64,000 nucleotides of DNA. Source: Eledone cirrhosa. Taxonomy: Eukaryota. Location of the stretch: the NCBI GenBank assembly GCA_964016885.1, contig OZ024743.1, positions 212,784,001-212,848,000 of the forward strand, given 5' to 3'. This document shows positions 12,526-27,563 of the stretch, one piece after another. The notes beneath the pieces are model-generated. The model was not told the origin of the DNA and searched no databases. It saw nothing but the letters and a program-made list of their open reading frames with translations. A program made the translations under genes and the position numbers. Position 1 is the first letter of the stretch; the number at the start of each line of letters is the position of its first letter.

Positions 12526-12635
12526 GTTTGTGCTCAATATGTATATATATATATATATATATTAATCCATAAAAAACATCCTCACACAAGCCAAAATCCA
12601 ACAAACCCTCACAATGAACCCTACAGTAACAAAAT

Positions 12636-13311
12636 GCAAGTGTGGATTCTGTTCACGACACATCTAACCTTATGGATAGAGAGAAAGCTAATAAACACGC
12701 TGCCCAGAGTAGGGCGAAATCACGTGTTATTTGCATCAAATAACGGCTCTCATGGATTGGCGAAAATGCTAGAGAGAGCAGCCCAGCCATTCGAATTTAT
12801 TAACTCAACAATTTGGAGCTCGTTAAGTTTACAAGGATCGCAATTAAGAGTATTCCGCCATTTAATATTAGCTCAAAGAAGAATAGAGAATTTTCTTCTG
12901 AGCTCAAATACAAATATATTACACAAAGAGAAGTGTGTTACACAGTGAGATGTGTGTAAAGAATTATTACAAGTGAGTTTAACCGTTACTGTATGGAGAA
13001 CAATATCTACAGGTTAGCAATTAAATAGAAAAAAACTAAGTCAGAATCAAATCTCTGAAGTAGAGTTTTAAATTACCAACCTTATAACTATAAGCTTGCT
13101 GATACGAATCTAGTTCGTTTCGTCACAGAAATGTGCAGTTTAACAGCCCACAGGTTCCTCAGTCAGCAAGTGTAGATTCTGTTCACGACACATCTAACCT
13201 CATGGATAGAGAGAATTTAAAACTCTACTTCAGAGATTTGATTCTGACTTAGTTTTTTTCTATTTAATTGCTAACCTGTAGATATTGTTCTCCATACAGT
13301 AACGGTTAAAC
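12636..13311 (-). mobile_element. Penelope-like terminal-repeat remnant with direct and inverted repeats and a hammerhead-like motif
   Basis: 12636-12683 repeats at 13166-13214; 12978-13074 is inverted at 13214-13311; CTGAGGA...GAAA motif on the minus strand. Confidence 0.6.
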
Positions 13312-13866
13312 CAGGTAAAGACGCTGCTTGAATCTATTGGCGGTTAACCCTATGTAGGCCCTACGGGACGTGGGTGTTTCAACCTTACATTTGTAGACAA
13401 TGTTACTTTATTCTTAACTCTGAAGCCGAGAATCATTCGGTTTCCTAAATAGAATTTTAGTCTACGACTTCAGTTATACCATTTACGTGGTTTTGTCTTT
13501 GCGTGTAATTGTTCTCATTGCTCCACATATGAAGTATTATCGCTTCTTCCGTTCATTGCCAGAGAACGTCTCCATGAATCACCAAATAGAATATTAGTCT
13601 ACGACTTCATTTATACCATAAACGTGGTTTTGTCTTCGCGCCTAATAATGACGTATTATCTTCGTTTTTTTTTCGTTCTTTGCCAGGGAACGTTTCCACG
13701 AACCAAAGTATCGTCTTCCTGTCTTCCTTCGGTTGCAACGCTTTTTGAAATATTTACTTCTGCGTTCACAGTTTGACTTTTTTAGTTTCAGAAGATCCCG
13801 TTAAGGGTGAAAGCAGCGATTCTTTGCTTAAACTTTAATCTGTTATTTTAATATATATATATATAT

Positions 13867-14606
<740 letters not shown>

Positions 14607-15219
14607 TATATATATATATATAAAAGCAATCACAATAACACTGATCACATTGTTTAGTAGTAGCCAATGTCATGAAGTGAAGGAAGATCCATATTGAAGT
14701 CCTCAATTTGCCTCTCTTACATTTATAGGACTATTTAAACACACTGAGATAGTTCTGATCTGAATTTCAGAAAAATAGAATGAAACATAATTATAATAAT
14801 CAGAGAAATGGAATGCAAGAAGCTACAACTGCCTCCACCATTACTATTACTACTCCTACCATTACCACAGTCAACAATAGAAAGCTGGTAACAACAACAT
14901 CATTATCAGCTAATAACCCTAACAATAACATTTCATTAACAATAGACAATACTTTTCTTTCTTATTTTTCCTTTTCTTTGAATATATTTTCCTTTGTAAG
15001 AACCCCTGTTCTTTAATTCTGCAAGAACACACGAGACACAGGAATCTCTCTTTGGAATCATTTCACTATACATAAATTAGATATGTAAATGTGTATTTTT
15101 CATACAATGTTATGATGTCTTTATGGTGTCAATTCCTTTTATGGTATGTTGATTCAGAAATATGGAAGACCATTAAGTCATCAATTTTAAAATCAGAATT
15201 TACAAATAATAATAATAAT

Positions 15220-16000
15220 CGTTTCTACTTTTGGCACAAGGCCAGCAATTACCCAGTACATTACTGGTACTTTATTTTATCGACCCTGTAAGGATGAAAG
15301 GCAAAGTTAACCTCGACGGGATTTGAACTCAGTCCGTAATGGGACGTAACTCTGCTGCAATGTATCGCGTCCGACCCTCTACCGATACTGCTAATCAACC
15401 ACCCTTATAATAATAATTGTTTCTACTTTAGGCACAAGGCCAGCAATTACCCAGTGCATTACTGGTACTTTATTTTATCGACCCCCGTAAGGATGAAAGG
15501 CAAAGTCAACCTCGGCGGGATTTGAACTCAGATCGTAAAGGGACGTAACTATGCTGGAAAGCATGGCGTCCGACCCTCTACCGATACTGCCAATAATAAT
15601 TGTTTCTACTTTTTGGCACAAGGCCATCAATTACCCAGTGAATTACTGGTACTTTATTTTATCGACCCCCGTAAGGATGAACGGCAAAGTTAACCTCGGC
15701 GGGATTTGAACTCAGAATGGCAAGTGCCGTAACTCTATGCGTCAAAGCATGGCATCTGACCCTCTACCGACACTGCCAATCCACCACCTATAAATAATAA
15801 TAATAATAATAATAATAATAATTGTTTCTACTTTAGGCACAAGGCCAGCAATTACCCAATGCATTACTGGTACTTTATTTTATCGACCCCGTAAGGATGA
15901 AAGACAAAGTCAACCTCGGCGGGATTTGAGCTCAGATCGTAAAGGGACGTAACTATGCTGGAAATCATGGCGTCCGACCCTCTACCGATACTGCCAATCC

Positions 16001-16001
<1 letters not shown>
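15220..16001 (-). mobile_element. Array of four tandem SINE copies
   Basis: Repeated ~180-200-bp SINE units separated by (AAT)n. Confidence 0.88.
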
Positions 16002-16050
<49 letters not shown>

Positions 16051-16052
<2 letters not shown>

Positions 16053-16965
16053 TTTCTTTATTAACCATAAGGGTTTACATAAATTAGACATTAAGGACAG
16101 TGCAGGACAATACAGGACGGTACAAATGGGCATTTCTGCGTGTAAAAAACAAAAACAGAGGATGTAACAAAAAAATAACAATGAAAAATTCCCCAATAGC
16201 GGGGAGACTTCGGAGGGACATTTGTGGAGAAAGCCCAGTAATAGGCCACAGTGACCCTGACCACCAAGGCAAGTGCCCTCTCCTAGTTTTCCACCTTTAA
16301 TTTACAGATACGTACTCAGAGTAGGCCCATTTACTCGGGCCATACTTGCTTCTCTCACCCATCTTTCAACAAAATGCTGGGAAGAGAGCATTTCCCTCTC
16401 TACTCTGATTTTCTTTTTCAAATGAAATTTGAAAAAGTCAATCAGGGCATCACCGAAGAGGTAAGTGCTCGTCTTCAGCCCTTTCAAACGTGTCCACCAT
16501 ACTATCTCTTTCGCCATGGCCACCAGACAGATAAAAACTGCCTGCCCTTCCCGGCTAAAGGAAGAGGGCGGGGCAATCCTCACGATGGACTCAGATGATA
16601 GCCGGATCCGTCCTACACGCGACAGTAGGTGTTCGAAATAAACCCACAAGTCAGCAATTTTCGGACACTGGACGAGTGCGTGCAGGACGGTTTCGTCGCC
16701 CTGCGCGCATCTCGGACATGCCCGGCTGACGGCATCTCCATGCCTGTAGAGTTTATCCCGAACTGGCAAGGCTCCTCGGTAGCACTGCCAGGCCAGAGAT
16801 TTCTTGAAATTGTCCATAGGTCCCGGCCCGAAACTTCTTCCGAAGAGATTGGCTAGTTGATTTTCGTCGACGCCTAGAGTTTCCCCAAGTACGTCGTCGC
16901 TCTTCGCCTCCACTAATCCTCTATAGAATGCCGAGGTGTTTCCACCGATCACATTGCCCGATTGG
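16051..16965 (-). mobile_element. Tx1/L1-like LINE 3' fragment (different subfamily)
   Basis: ORF 16302..16952 is homologous to the C-terminus of 5079..6707 (SLAWQCYRGALPVRDK). Confidence 0.88.
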
Positions 16966-17327
16966 ATTTGAAAAATTGAGCAAGTATAAGGACCTGGAGA
17001 TAGAAATTGGAAAAATGTGGAAATTGAGAACTAAAACAGTGGTTGTAGGCGCTCTAGGAATGATACCTAAGGGGTCTAATGATTACTTATCGCAAATCCC
17101 AGGAAACCCGCGTATAGGAGAAATACAAAAGATAGTACTAATGGGGACTGCCCATATACTAAGGAAGATTCTGTCAATATAAGTACATCACAAGTCTAAA
17201 CACCTAAAGATGCATGTGTGTATATGTATGTTCTTTCTTGAACATGGCGGACCTTGTTGTCTCTTGAGGTCACTGGTTGTGACTTGGTGATAACTCGTAT
17301 GAACATAAAGCAAGATAAATGCAGCTG
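16966..17327 (+). mobile_element. R4/Dong-like LINE 3' fragment (restriction-like endonuclease end)
   Basis: EKLSKYKDLEIEI...VVGALG; near-identical to 17990-18356; ends in (AAT)n. Confidence 0.8.
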
Positions 17328-17344
17328 TAATAATAATAATAATA

Positions 17345-18354
17345 AATGGACTACAAATTTCAGAAGTCCCATTTACAGCTGAAATGGAAAACAGAAAAAG
17401 CAAAGCAGGTAAAAGAAACTGCAAACAAAGAACTGCTACAGAAACCTTGCTAAGAAATGGCAAGAAAAGCCTCTGTATGGAAAATACCCAGAAAGAGCTA
17501 ACAATCCTGATGTTGACAAAACTTTAACCCATCAGTGGTTGCCATCCTCTGGACTGAAATCGGAGACTGAAGGACTGATTATATCAGCAAAAGATCAGTG
17601 TCTACCAACAAAAAATTACCAAGCCAACATAATAAAAAATGGATGCAACCCATTATGCCATGTATGCAAAAAACAACCAGTGACCATTGACCATATAATT
17701 TCAATGTGCAGTCCTATAGCTCCAACCGAATACCTAAACAGGCATAACAGAGCTGCACAATACATACATTGGATAATGTGTAAGCATTTTGACCTGCCCC
17801 ATCAAAAGAATTGGTGGGAGCATCAACTACCTCCCATACTTGAAAAAGATCACATCTCAATCTTGTGGAACTTTAGCATCCAAACAGACCGAAAAATAGA
17901 TGCAAATAGACCTGATATAATACTGAAGGACTTTATGCCTGCTAATTGATATGTCCGTTCCAATAAACAAGAATGTATCTATAAAAACATTTGAAAAATT
18001 GAGCAAGTATAAGGACCTGGAGATAGAAATTGGAAAAATGAGGAAATTGAGAACTAAAACAATACCAGTGGTTGTAGGCGCTCTAGGAATGATATCTAAG
18101 GGGTCTAATGATTACTTATCGCAAATCCCAGGAAACCCGCGTATAGGAGAAATACAAAAGATAGTACTAATGGGGACTGCCCATATACTAAGGAAGATTC
18201 TGTCAATATAAGTACATCACAAGTCTAAACACCTAAAGATGCATGTGTGTATATGTATGTTCTTTTTTGAACATGGCGGACCTTGTTGTCTCTTGAGGTC
18301 ACTGGTTGTGACTTGGTGATAACTCGTATGAACATAAAGCAAGATAAATGCAAC

Positions 18355-18356
<2 letters not shown>
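17345..18356 (+). mobile_element. R4/Dong-like LINE, longer 5'-truncated copy (pseudogenised)
   Basis: CxxC...H...C finger, RHN, RPDI endonuclease motif, EKLSKY; followed by (AAT)n. Confidence 0.85.
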
Positions 18357-18422
<66 letters not shown>

Positions 18423-20557
18423 GAATTTTGCAAATGTGGGGAAGGGGGTATTTGAACTTGCTCATAAAGAGAAATAATTAAATACTGCAATACATTTTGT
18501 CTTCTTGCTCAACTGATTTTGCTCTTATAGCAATAAAGTAAATAAAACAAGTTTTTTAATATCATAGAGATCACTGTATGAAACACTAGAGAGCTTATCT
18601 CACTTCATGACTGAACCTTCCTATTGTTAATCAATCAACTATGAATCAGGAACAGGAGAAGGAGAGCCCTGCACTTGGTTCAGAGAAGAGAGCTGTGTAC
18701 TTGGCTGAGGGAGGAAGAATCATGTGTCTGGGTCAAGGAAGAACTAAAAGTGGAGCAGTCTTGTGTCTGGCTAATGAGTTTCTGGTTCAGGGAGGAAGTG
18801 AGAGAGACAAAGACGAGTTGTTATTTGCCTAGCTCTAGAAGGTAATCTGAGAGGAGATGTGAATCTGGTTAAGAACAAAACTGGCAAGCAAGGGGTAGAG
18901 TGAGTCATGCACCTCACTCATTGAAGAGATTCTTACAAGTGACTCAGAGGTGAAGGTAAGAGAGCTGTGCTCATATTAGGGGAAGCAGAGAGTACATTGA
19001 AGTAACTATCGTGGAGTCACAACACAATAGTAATAGTAAATAACAAAAACTTTGGAGCATGTGGTCTGTATTACTCCAGCACAGTTACTGTTTCATATAG
19101 GCACTGCATATGGTCACTTACTCTGTGTACCTGGTTTAGGATAGGTACACCATATCCTGCATGTTGTAAAGAGGAGACTAAAAGGGTCATGTATCAGAAA
19201 GGGCATCGGGTCATAAAACATTGTCTCAACCCCCCTCCCCCCATGATGAGTATGATTAAACCTGTCACAGGGCTCACAAGGCTAACTCGTACTTTAGCAG
19301 GGAAAATGGTCTTAAAATGCTTGTTGTACATGGCCATCTTAATTCAGATAATAAATAAATATATAGAGTTCTCTTGCTTCATTACTTACCAGTTATGAAT
19401 CATCAGTTTTTGGACTGCTATGAGGGCTTCATAGCGAACATTTGGATCTTCATGTGTGAGGTATTGCATCACAAGTTGTTTGGCACCAAGTTTTTCAATC
19501 ACACTGAAAAAAAAGCCCCAAAACCACAGAAATGTTACAATTAAAAAAAAAAAAAAATACATGTAAAAACAGTGATGAACATGAAATAAAGCTTATTTCA
19601 AGGGAATGGATGAGAAAGTTGGATTTGGAGGTTGATTTTGCCATATTTCTAATAAAGGCCACTGCCTATAATTTTCAAATAATATCGAAAAAGAAGTTTG
19701 AAGGATTTATTAATATAATTGGTTTTCTCATTTTGAAGTTGGTGTTTGGAACATAGCTTAAAGGCTTTTACATGATAATTATGATGGAAGGTTTTTAGAT
19801 AAATATAAACTCTTTAAAATAGTCATGCATTGTAAAACTAAGAGTGGTTTGATATCGAAGTGGTTAATTGACTATAAAATACGATTGCTATTAAAAATAA
19901 TTGTGGCTAATTTGCCAAAGCAAGAAATTATCTTTATGTCATTCAGCTGAATAACTAATACACCCTACCACTAATCTTGTACAGATTCTAAACTTCTGAA
20001 CAAATACTTCTCGAGAAGAAACAGATTTTTTTCTATATATCACTGTACAAAGGTGGACCAAAAAGTTCATAGGATGACTATGAAGGAGTGATGCTAAAGC
20101 TGTGAAATATTGCATGCCTTAATTTCAACTATTATTAATAACGGTAATGAAGCAGGGCTACTGACCTCCCAGACCACTGAAGGGTCTGTATCTCATTTAC
20201 ATATGGTCACATCGAGTGAACAGGAGTTGTGTCTTCTGACACAAACCAAAGGGTCCTTCCAATCCCTAGTTTGGCAAGCTTTCTACGGCCGGATGCTCTT
20301 CCTGTCACCAACTACCTTACAGTGTGTGCTGGGTACTTTTATTGTGTAGATCACCAGCACTAGGGAGGCTGCCATCTCCTTGACAACTAAAGGATCCTCG
20401 CAACTCTTTGTTTGGTAAGCTTTCTATAGCTGGATACCTTTCCTAACACCAACCACTTAAAAATGTGTACTGGTTGCTTTTAATGTCTAGATCACCAGTA
20501 CTAGGGAAGCTGTCATGTCCTTGACACAACCATTAATAAATCAATTGTCTGAAATAA

Positions 20558-20779
20558 TTATTTCTTGTATAGGCACAAGGCCAGTAATTTGAAGGGGAGG
20601 GGAAAGTCAATTAAATCGACCCCAGTGCATTACTGGTGCTTTATTTTATCGACCCCGTAAGGATGAAAGACAAAGTTAACCTCGGCGGGATTTGAACTGA
20701 GACCGCAAAGAGCCGTAACTCTATACCTGCAAAGCTTGGTGTCCGACTCCCTACCGATACTGCCAATCCACCGCCCTTA
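20558..20779 (-). mobile_element. tRNA-derived SINE
   Basis: Full head and core; flanked by the direct repeat AATTGTCTGAAATAAT (candidate TSD). Confidence 0.85.
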
Positions 20780-21026
20780 ATTGTCTGAAATAATAACTTA
20801 CTTCTTCCCTCGAGGGTAGTAGCGCACGTATTCACCAAAGTCATGAGCTGCTACAGAGAGAAACGTAACTTTTTGCTCAATGTTGCTGTCTGATGAGATC
20901 ACGAACATGGCTAAATAATCAAGTGACCATGATCGTCATTGAAATATGTATCACAGCTTTATTAATATAGGACTCTTTAACATCTACAACTTCGCATTTT
21001 CCTCATTCTAATTATACGCCATACGT

Positions 21027-21199
21027 TGCAGCATAGAGTTACGGCCCTTTATGATCTGAGTTCAAATCCCGCCGAGGTTAACTTTGCCTTTCATCCTTAC
21101 GGAGTCGATAAAATAAAGTACCAGTCACGCACTGGGGTCGATTTAATCGTCTTTCCCTTCCCCCAAAATTGATGGTCTTGTGCCTATATAAGAAACCGT
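21027..21199 (+). mobile_element. SINE whose tail is interrupted by the next element
   Basis: B box and core present. Confidence 0.8.
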
Positions 21200-22978
21200 T
21201 GTAGTGACTAGCGCCATCTCTCCGGTGAACCAGGCTATTTAGAGTTACTTCCCCGTGGCCAGTATATAAGGGAGCGTTCCGACGCCCCTCTCTCTCTCTT
21301 TTCACCTTTTGGCCACCTGCCTAGTAGGCCAGGCACGGCTACGCCAAAGGTAGCTCTTAGCATCGTATATATCTTTCGGTCGAGTTTTTCCGACCTGCAA
21401 CACATCTGCTGAGGACTTATACCATAAGGCTCAGCTCAGGTGTATTCCAATCCTTATTACAAGGATTAACAAAGCAAGTCACAGGTATGTCATTTAACCA
21501 TTGTAATACACACACGCACAAGCACACGAATAAAGAAAAACTACCTTCATTTACAGTTGAGAAGACTTATCGTTGTTATTATTATATATATTATTTCCTG
21601 TCTGCATCTCATCATCTTGCTTCCTGCTTTCCTTACATATTCTTGTGTTCCTTCACTTATTAAATTATTAAATTAATAATTGGCATACAGTGTTATCTAC
21701 TAGAGTAAATAACCTTATGACCAGTTCACTAAAGTGGTGACCCCGACGTGATGCGAACACACAACATGAAAAAACACAAACAAACTCTTCTTTCGTTGCA
21801 GCAAACTCATCAACAATTTGCAACCCGAAAGAACAAAAAATAAGGAACATGCAGACATACACAGACACCGAACACGTGTTGAACTTTTCGTTGGGACACA
21901 CTTTCTTCGACCTAACGTGGAATTATGACACAAAAATTTCTCCGGCATTCTAGGACACAAATTTTCTCCGACAAACAACAACAAAAAACAAAACAAAAAA
22001 AAAACAAAACAGTTTCTCCATCGAACAATAACATTTTTCTACACCTCACGTGTTGTATCACCTAAATGTGTCTCACCTTTTTCTCGCTTACTCGTTCAAC
22101 CAAGTTTTTCCTTCTTCTTCATCACAATCACTGTGAGAATCAAGATGGCCGACAGCTCCCTTCTTTCATTTTCGGCAGCCATCTTGTCTTTCTCGTAATT
22201 TTCCCGCGCAAAAGAAATTTTTTCAATTTCAATTTTACCTTGTACCAACACGTGTGTAGTGCACAAATCTCGATTTAAAGGGATACACACGTTTTGCTAT
22301 TTCTTTTCAAGGATTTCATCAGCCCAAGCTATTTTTTATATTTGCCCGTAAAAAGATTTGCGACACTACAATGTTGTACATTGGCGTTAGTTACTGTGCA
22401 TTTATCTTGCATGCTCGTTTCAATGGTCGCAACTTCAACTGCAACTTCATCTGGACTTAAACAGATCAACTTCAACCGCAACACTGACCATCAATTTTGG
22501 CTGTTATTTTTGACACTTTGCGCAACACATTTTCTGGGATCTTCTAACTGTGAATGAGTTGTTTCCCTTGAAACAACTTCAAAAAGGCTATGCGAGACAA
22601 CCAACGACAATTTCATCTTTGCTCTTCTCTCAACAACTTCGAACCAGCAGAACAACAAACAGAACTGAGAATCCTTCTTGCAGTCATTTTCCTGTGCGAA
22701 ATTTCCACCATTCTCTTCGAAGGTCGGGAATTTCACGTTTTTCCACAGTACAGAAACAACCTGCTCTCAAATTCTCTTTGGGCATATACTTTTCCTACAG
22801 TTTCCCTGCTGCAATTGTGCAACATTCCTGTGAACACTGTTTGAACTTTATTATTTTTTCAATAATTTGTTTCTATTACATTTTTGTATGCTTATTTTAT
22901 ACTTTGCTCCTTTTGCAAACCTTTGCCATATACATACCTTTGCCTTTCTTGTTTTGTGCTGTACGCCTTGTCACTACA
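21200..22978. mobile_element. 1.78-kb TGT...ACA element with 4-bp CCGT duplication (Gypsy-type solo LTR or non-autonomous Ginger)
   Basis: Termini TGTAGTGAC / GTCACTACA; CCGT at 21196-21199 and 22979-22982; TATA-like TATATAAG near 21264; no coding remnant recognised. Confidence 0.75.
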
Positions 22979-23320
22979 CCGTTACTTTAATTTGAAGAAG
23001 TAACATGACGCGCGCGGCACACACACACGCACACACATCATGAGCGATAGCATTGTTATTGTCTTCTTCACCCACTTATTTCTGAGAGGGTCGTGTGGGG
23101 GAGGGGGCAGATGTCTATGAAACACGTTCCAGCAGGTCTTATAAGATGCATCCATCTCCAACTAATTTGAATGGATCCCCAAGCGAGACAAACCGAACTT
23201 ATGCATTTTATCCAACCAATTTGTTTGTGGTCTACCACTGGGTTTACTGCCTGTTGGTTTTGCATTTTAAAATCTGTCCAGCGATTTTTTCCATAGACAT
23301 TCTAACTATATATCTGTAGT

Positions 23321-25191
23321 TCTTCCTCTCAACCACATCATCTTCCGTATTCCCAATCTTTGCTCCCCAATACAGGAAGTCCTCAACCAATTCTAGCGGC
23401 TTCCCGCCTACATTAGTGATCCCCTCTGGCTTCTCAACATTCTCTACCAGATATTTTGTTTTAGTCTCATTCATTCTCAGCCCCACACTCGTCGACACAG
23501 TCTCAAACTCCTGCATCAAATCTCTGCCTCCTTCACTGTTTTTGTAGCCAAAACTATGGCGTCGGTAAATTCAGCATCTGATATCTTTTTCTCCTTAACT
23601 CTCCTGCTCTGAGCCGGTGCTACAGTAAAACCAGAGTCCTGGTGTTTCTCCAGTGCAAAGCGCATACAATAGTCTACTACGATGATAAAAAGGTAGGGAG
23701 CCAATGTATCTCCCTAGAGCACTCCAGCCAGTATCTCAAAGAACTCTGTCATCCCATCATGTGTAATGACTTGGGCTTTGGTGTTGGTGTAGAGCAGTGA
23801 TATCAGGTCCACTATCTTGGGGATTCCATCAGCCTGTAAGATCTTCATCAGGCAGTGACGGTCCACAGAATCAAAGGCCTTCCTAAAGTCAATGAAAACC
23901 ATGACCACAGGAAGGCACTTCTAGCTACCTCTAATATCCTCCTCAGCATCAGGACGTGACTGGTGGTTGATACTCCCTCTCTGAAGCCGTTCTGGTTGTC
24001 CCTGAGCTTCTTCTCCATCTCAGGATTGATCCTGTTAAGAATCATCCTGTTGAGTGTCTTTGCCACAAGTGACGTCAGTGAGATCCCCCGGTAGTTGTTG
24101 GTGTTGGAGAGATCTTCCTTCTTTGGCACTGGGACGATGTTACTGATCCTCCACTGATTCGGGGCAACTCCTTTCTCCAGTGCTTGGTTACAGAACCCCA
24201 GGATGATATCATCAAAATCACACCTCTTCATCACCTCTGATGCCACTCCATCTTCTCCATGAGCCTTGCCCTCCTTGATTATATTCTTGGCTCTCTGAAG
24301 CTGCTCTCTGGTGAAGAGCTCTGTCTCAATATCCAGTTCTTCAAACAGCCGCCTAATCTCCCCAGTGCTCTGGGCTGTGGAGGGTGGCTCTCCTAGTAGG
24401 GTCCTAAAATGGTCTAGCCATTTCCTCTTCCTATCCTCGGGCCCTGTTCCCTGGATCTGACTCGAACACCTTCTCTTCCTCCCTGTGATCTCGTTGATGA
24501 TCATCCAGCTCTCCTTACATCCAGATCAGTCAACCACTCTCTCCACACTTCTGATCTTCTCTATCAGGCCTCCTCTCTGGCTTCAGTGTAAGCGGTACAG
24601 AGTTCTTATCTCATCACCTCCACAGTCTACATCCTCTCCTCCATAGGATCAGCATAGAATTGGTCATTGGCAGCTTTCAGGTGTTCTCTGGCTGCACACA
24701 GTTGAGATCGGTGTGGAAGTCGGACCTTCGTAAAGACCTGAAGATCCGCCTCTTCATTGCTGTAATGGAGTCTGTGCTGCTGTACGGGTCTGAGACTTGG
24801 ACACTGACCAAGAAACTCACTCAGATGGTGGATGGGTGCTACACGAGAATGTTGAGGATGGCTCTGAACATTAATCAGTATAAACTGAGGATGAAAAACT
24901 CAGAGCTGTATGGGAGCCTCCCAAAAGTCAGCTCAAAAGTGACACAGAGGAGACAGAGGTTAGCTGGACATACTCACCGACATCCAGAGTTGACATTGCA
25001 CTCAGTGCTCCTGTGGGAGCCCCTACATGGACACACTGGAAGAGGAAGACCAAGATTAACGTATGTTGATGCCCTAAGGACAGACACTGGTCTGTTGGAG
25101 ACGCAGGACATGGCAGCGATAATGAGGGACAGAGACCGCTGGAGAGAGCTCGTCCATGGATCTCGGGAATTTTACCCGCCCTAGAAAATAA
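23321..25191. mobile_element. RTE-clade LINE with 5' inversion (RT on minus 23321-~24685; 3' end on plus ~24688-25191)
   Basis: RT motifs on minus, LLYGSETWTLTK on plus; TSD ATATCTGTAGT at 23310-23320 and 25192-25202. Confidence 0.9.
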
Positions 25192-25308
25192 ATATCTGTA
25201 GTACCGGAGTATCTCTCGATGCAGATATGTAGTACTCTACCCGGAGCGATCTTAGAGCTACGCTCCCTATCAATTATGTTTCCATATAGAAAATTACTCC
25301 TACACATA

Positions 25309-25505
25309 CGAGGGTCGGCTGAAAAGTTCATAGGCTGACTAATATACTCTCACGGAATGACCAAATGAGATTTTATTTTTCATCATAATCTGGAAAGAAA
25401 CAATGCAGTTATTAATAATAAGTGTTGAAATTAATGTATGCAATATTTCACAGCTCTAGTATCACTCCTTCATAATCAGCCGATGAACTTTTCACCCGAC
25501 TCTCG
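25309..25505. mobile_element. Tc1/mariner-type MITE
   Basis: TIR CGAGGGTCGGCTGAAAAGTTCAT with near-perfect inverse; TA on both sides. Confidence 0.85.
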
Positions 25506-25608
25506 TATAGTATGACAAACTATAGTATGCTAATCTCACTAAAAACATAGCATATCATTGTTTAAGAATATTATCAGTTTCTTATTGATGTTTATTCTAT
25601 GCTAACAC

Positions 25609-26831
<1,223 letters not shown>

Positions 26832-27054
26832 TGTATAATATATATATATATATATTTATACGATATTAATAAATGGAAACTATATTTATAAAACCATATT
26901 TATTTCATTATACATATTTCAGGGATACCATATTAAATTATGGTATGCCTTCATCAGACAAAATACAATATATAACAGTTTTACAAATAGCTTTGACGTA
27001 CCCTTTAAAATACAACCATTACTTTCGGAGGCTGTCTGGATATATATATATATA

Positions 27055-27563
27055 GTGGCTGCCAACTCGTTTTCGAGTACGGCCACTACTTTATATCCAT
27101 GTAGGAGAACCCCTACCGATGCGCTGAACGAGTGTGACTTTTTAGTCCAGCCAGCGACTTGAAAACTCTGGTACAAACACTATACTTGTGACAATCATTG
27201 ACACATAGTGCTGGGCCCATGGTACCATGTGATGACAAGTGCAGAGAGATCTCTAGATATAAAGCAATGCCTGTGCCGTGAAGCTTTTATAGTGAGTAAA
27301 GGCACTGCACAAAGCCAGTCTCACTCTTTTAACCAAGATGATATTTACCAAAAAGAAGAAGAAGTCAACATCATTGGATACCATCAGGGTGCAGGTGTTA
27401 TATCAGAGTTTTCCTTCTTCTAGAATTCTGCCTTGACAAAGGCTAAGGGGTCATCTCTCCCAGTGATTTTGGATGGCCATTGACTCTTAAGAGCTCCTTT
27501 GCCCTTTGACAGGTTTTGTTTTTAGTCCTTCAGGATGTCCAAAGTCACCCTCCTCACCAAGAA
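27055..27563 (-). mobile_element. Non-autonomous RTE-derived short retroelement (5'-truncated)
   Basis: Reverse complement of the 41815-42424 family. Confidence 0.85.

Noticed and set aside
19140-19190. HDV-like ribozyme remnant (CCTGCATGTTGTAAAGAGGAGACTAAAAGGG)
   Set aside because: Resembles the 3' end of retroelement HDV-like motifs, but P1-P3 could not be built; too decayed to call
20890-20910. CTGATGAG hammerhead candidate
   Set aside because: No GAAA or supporting stems
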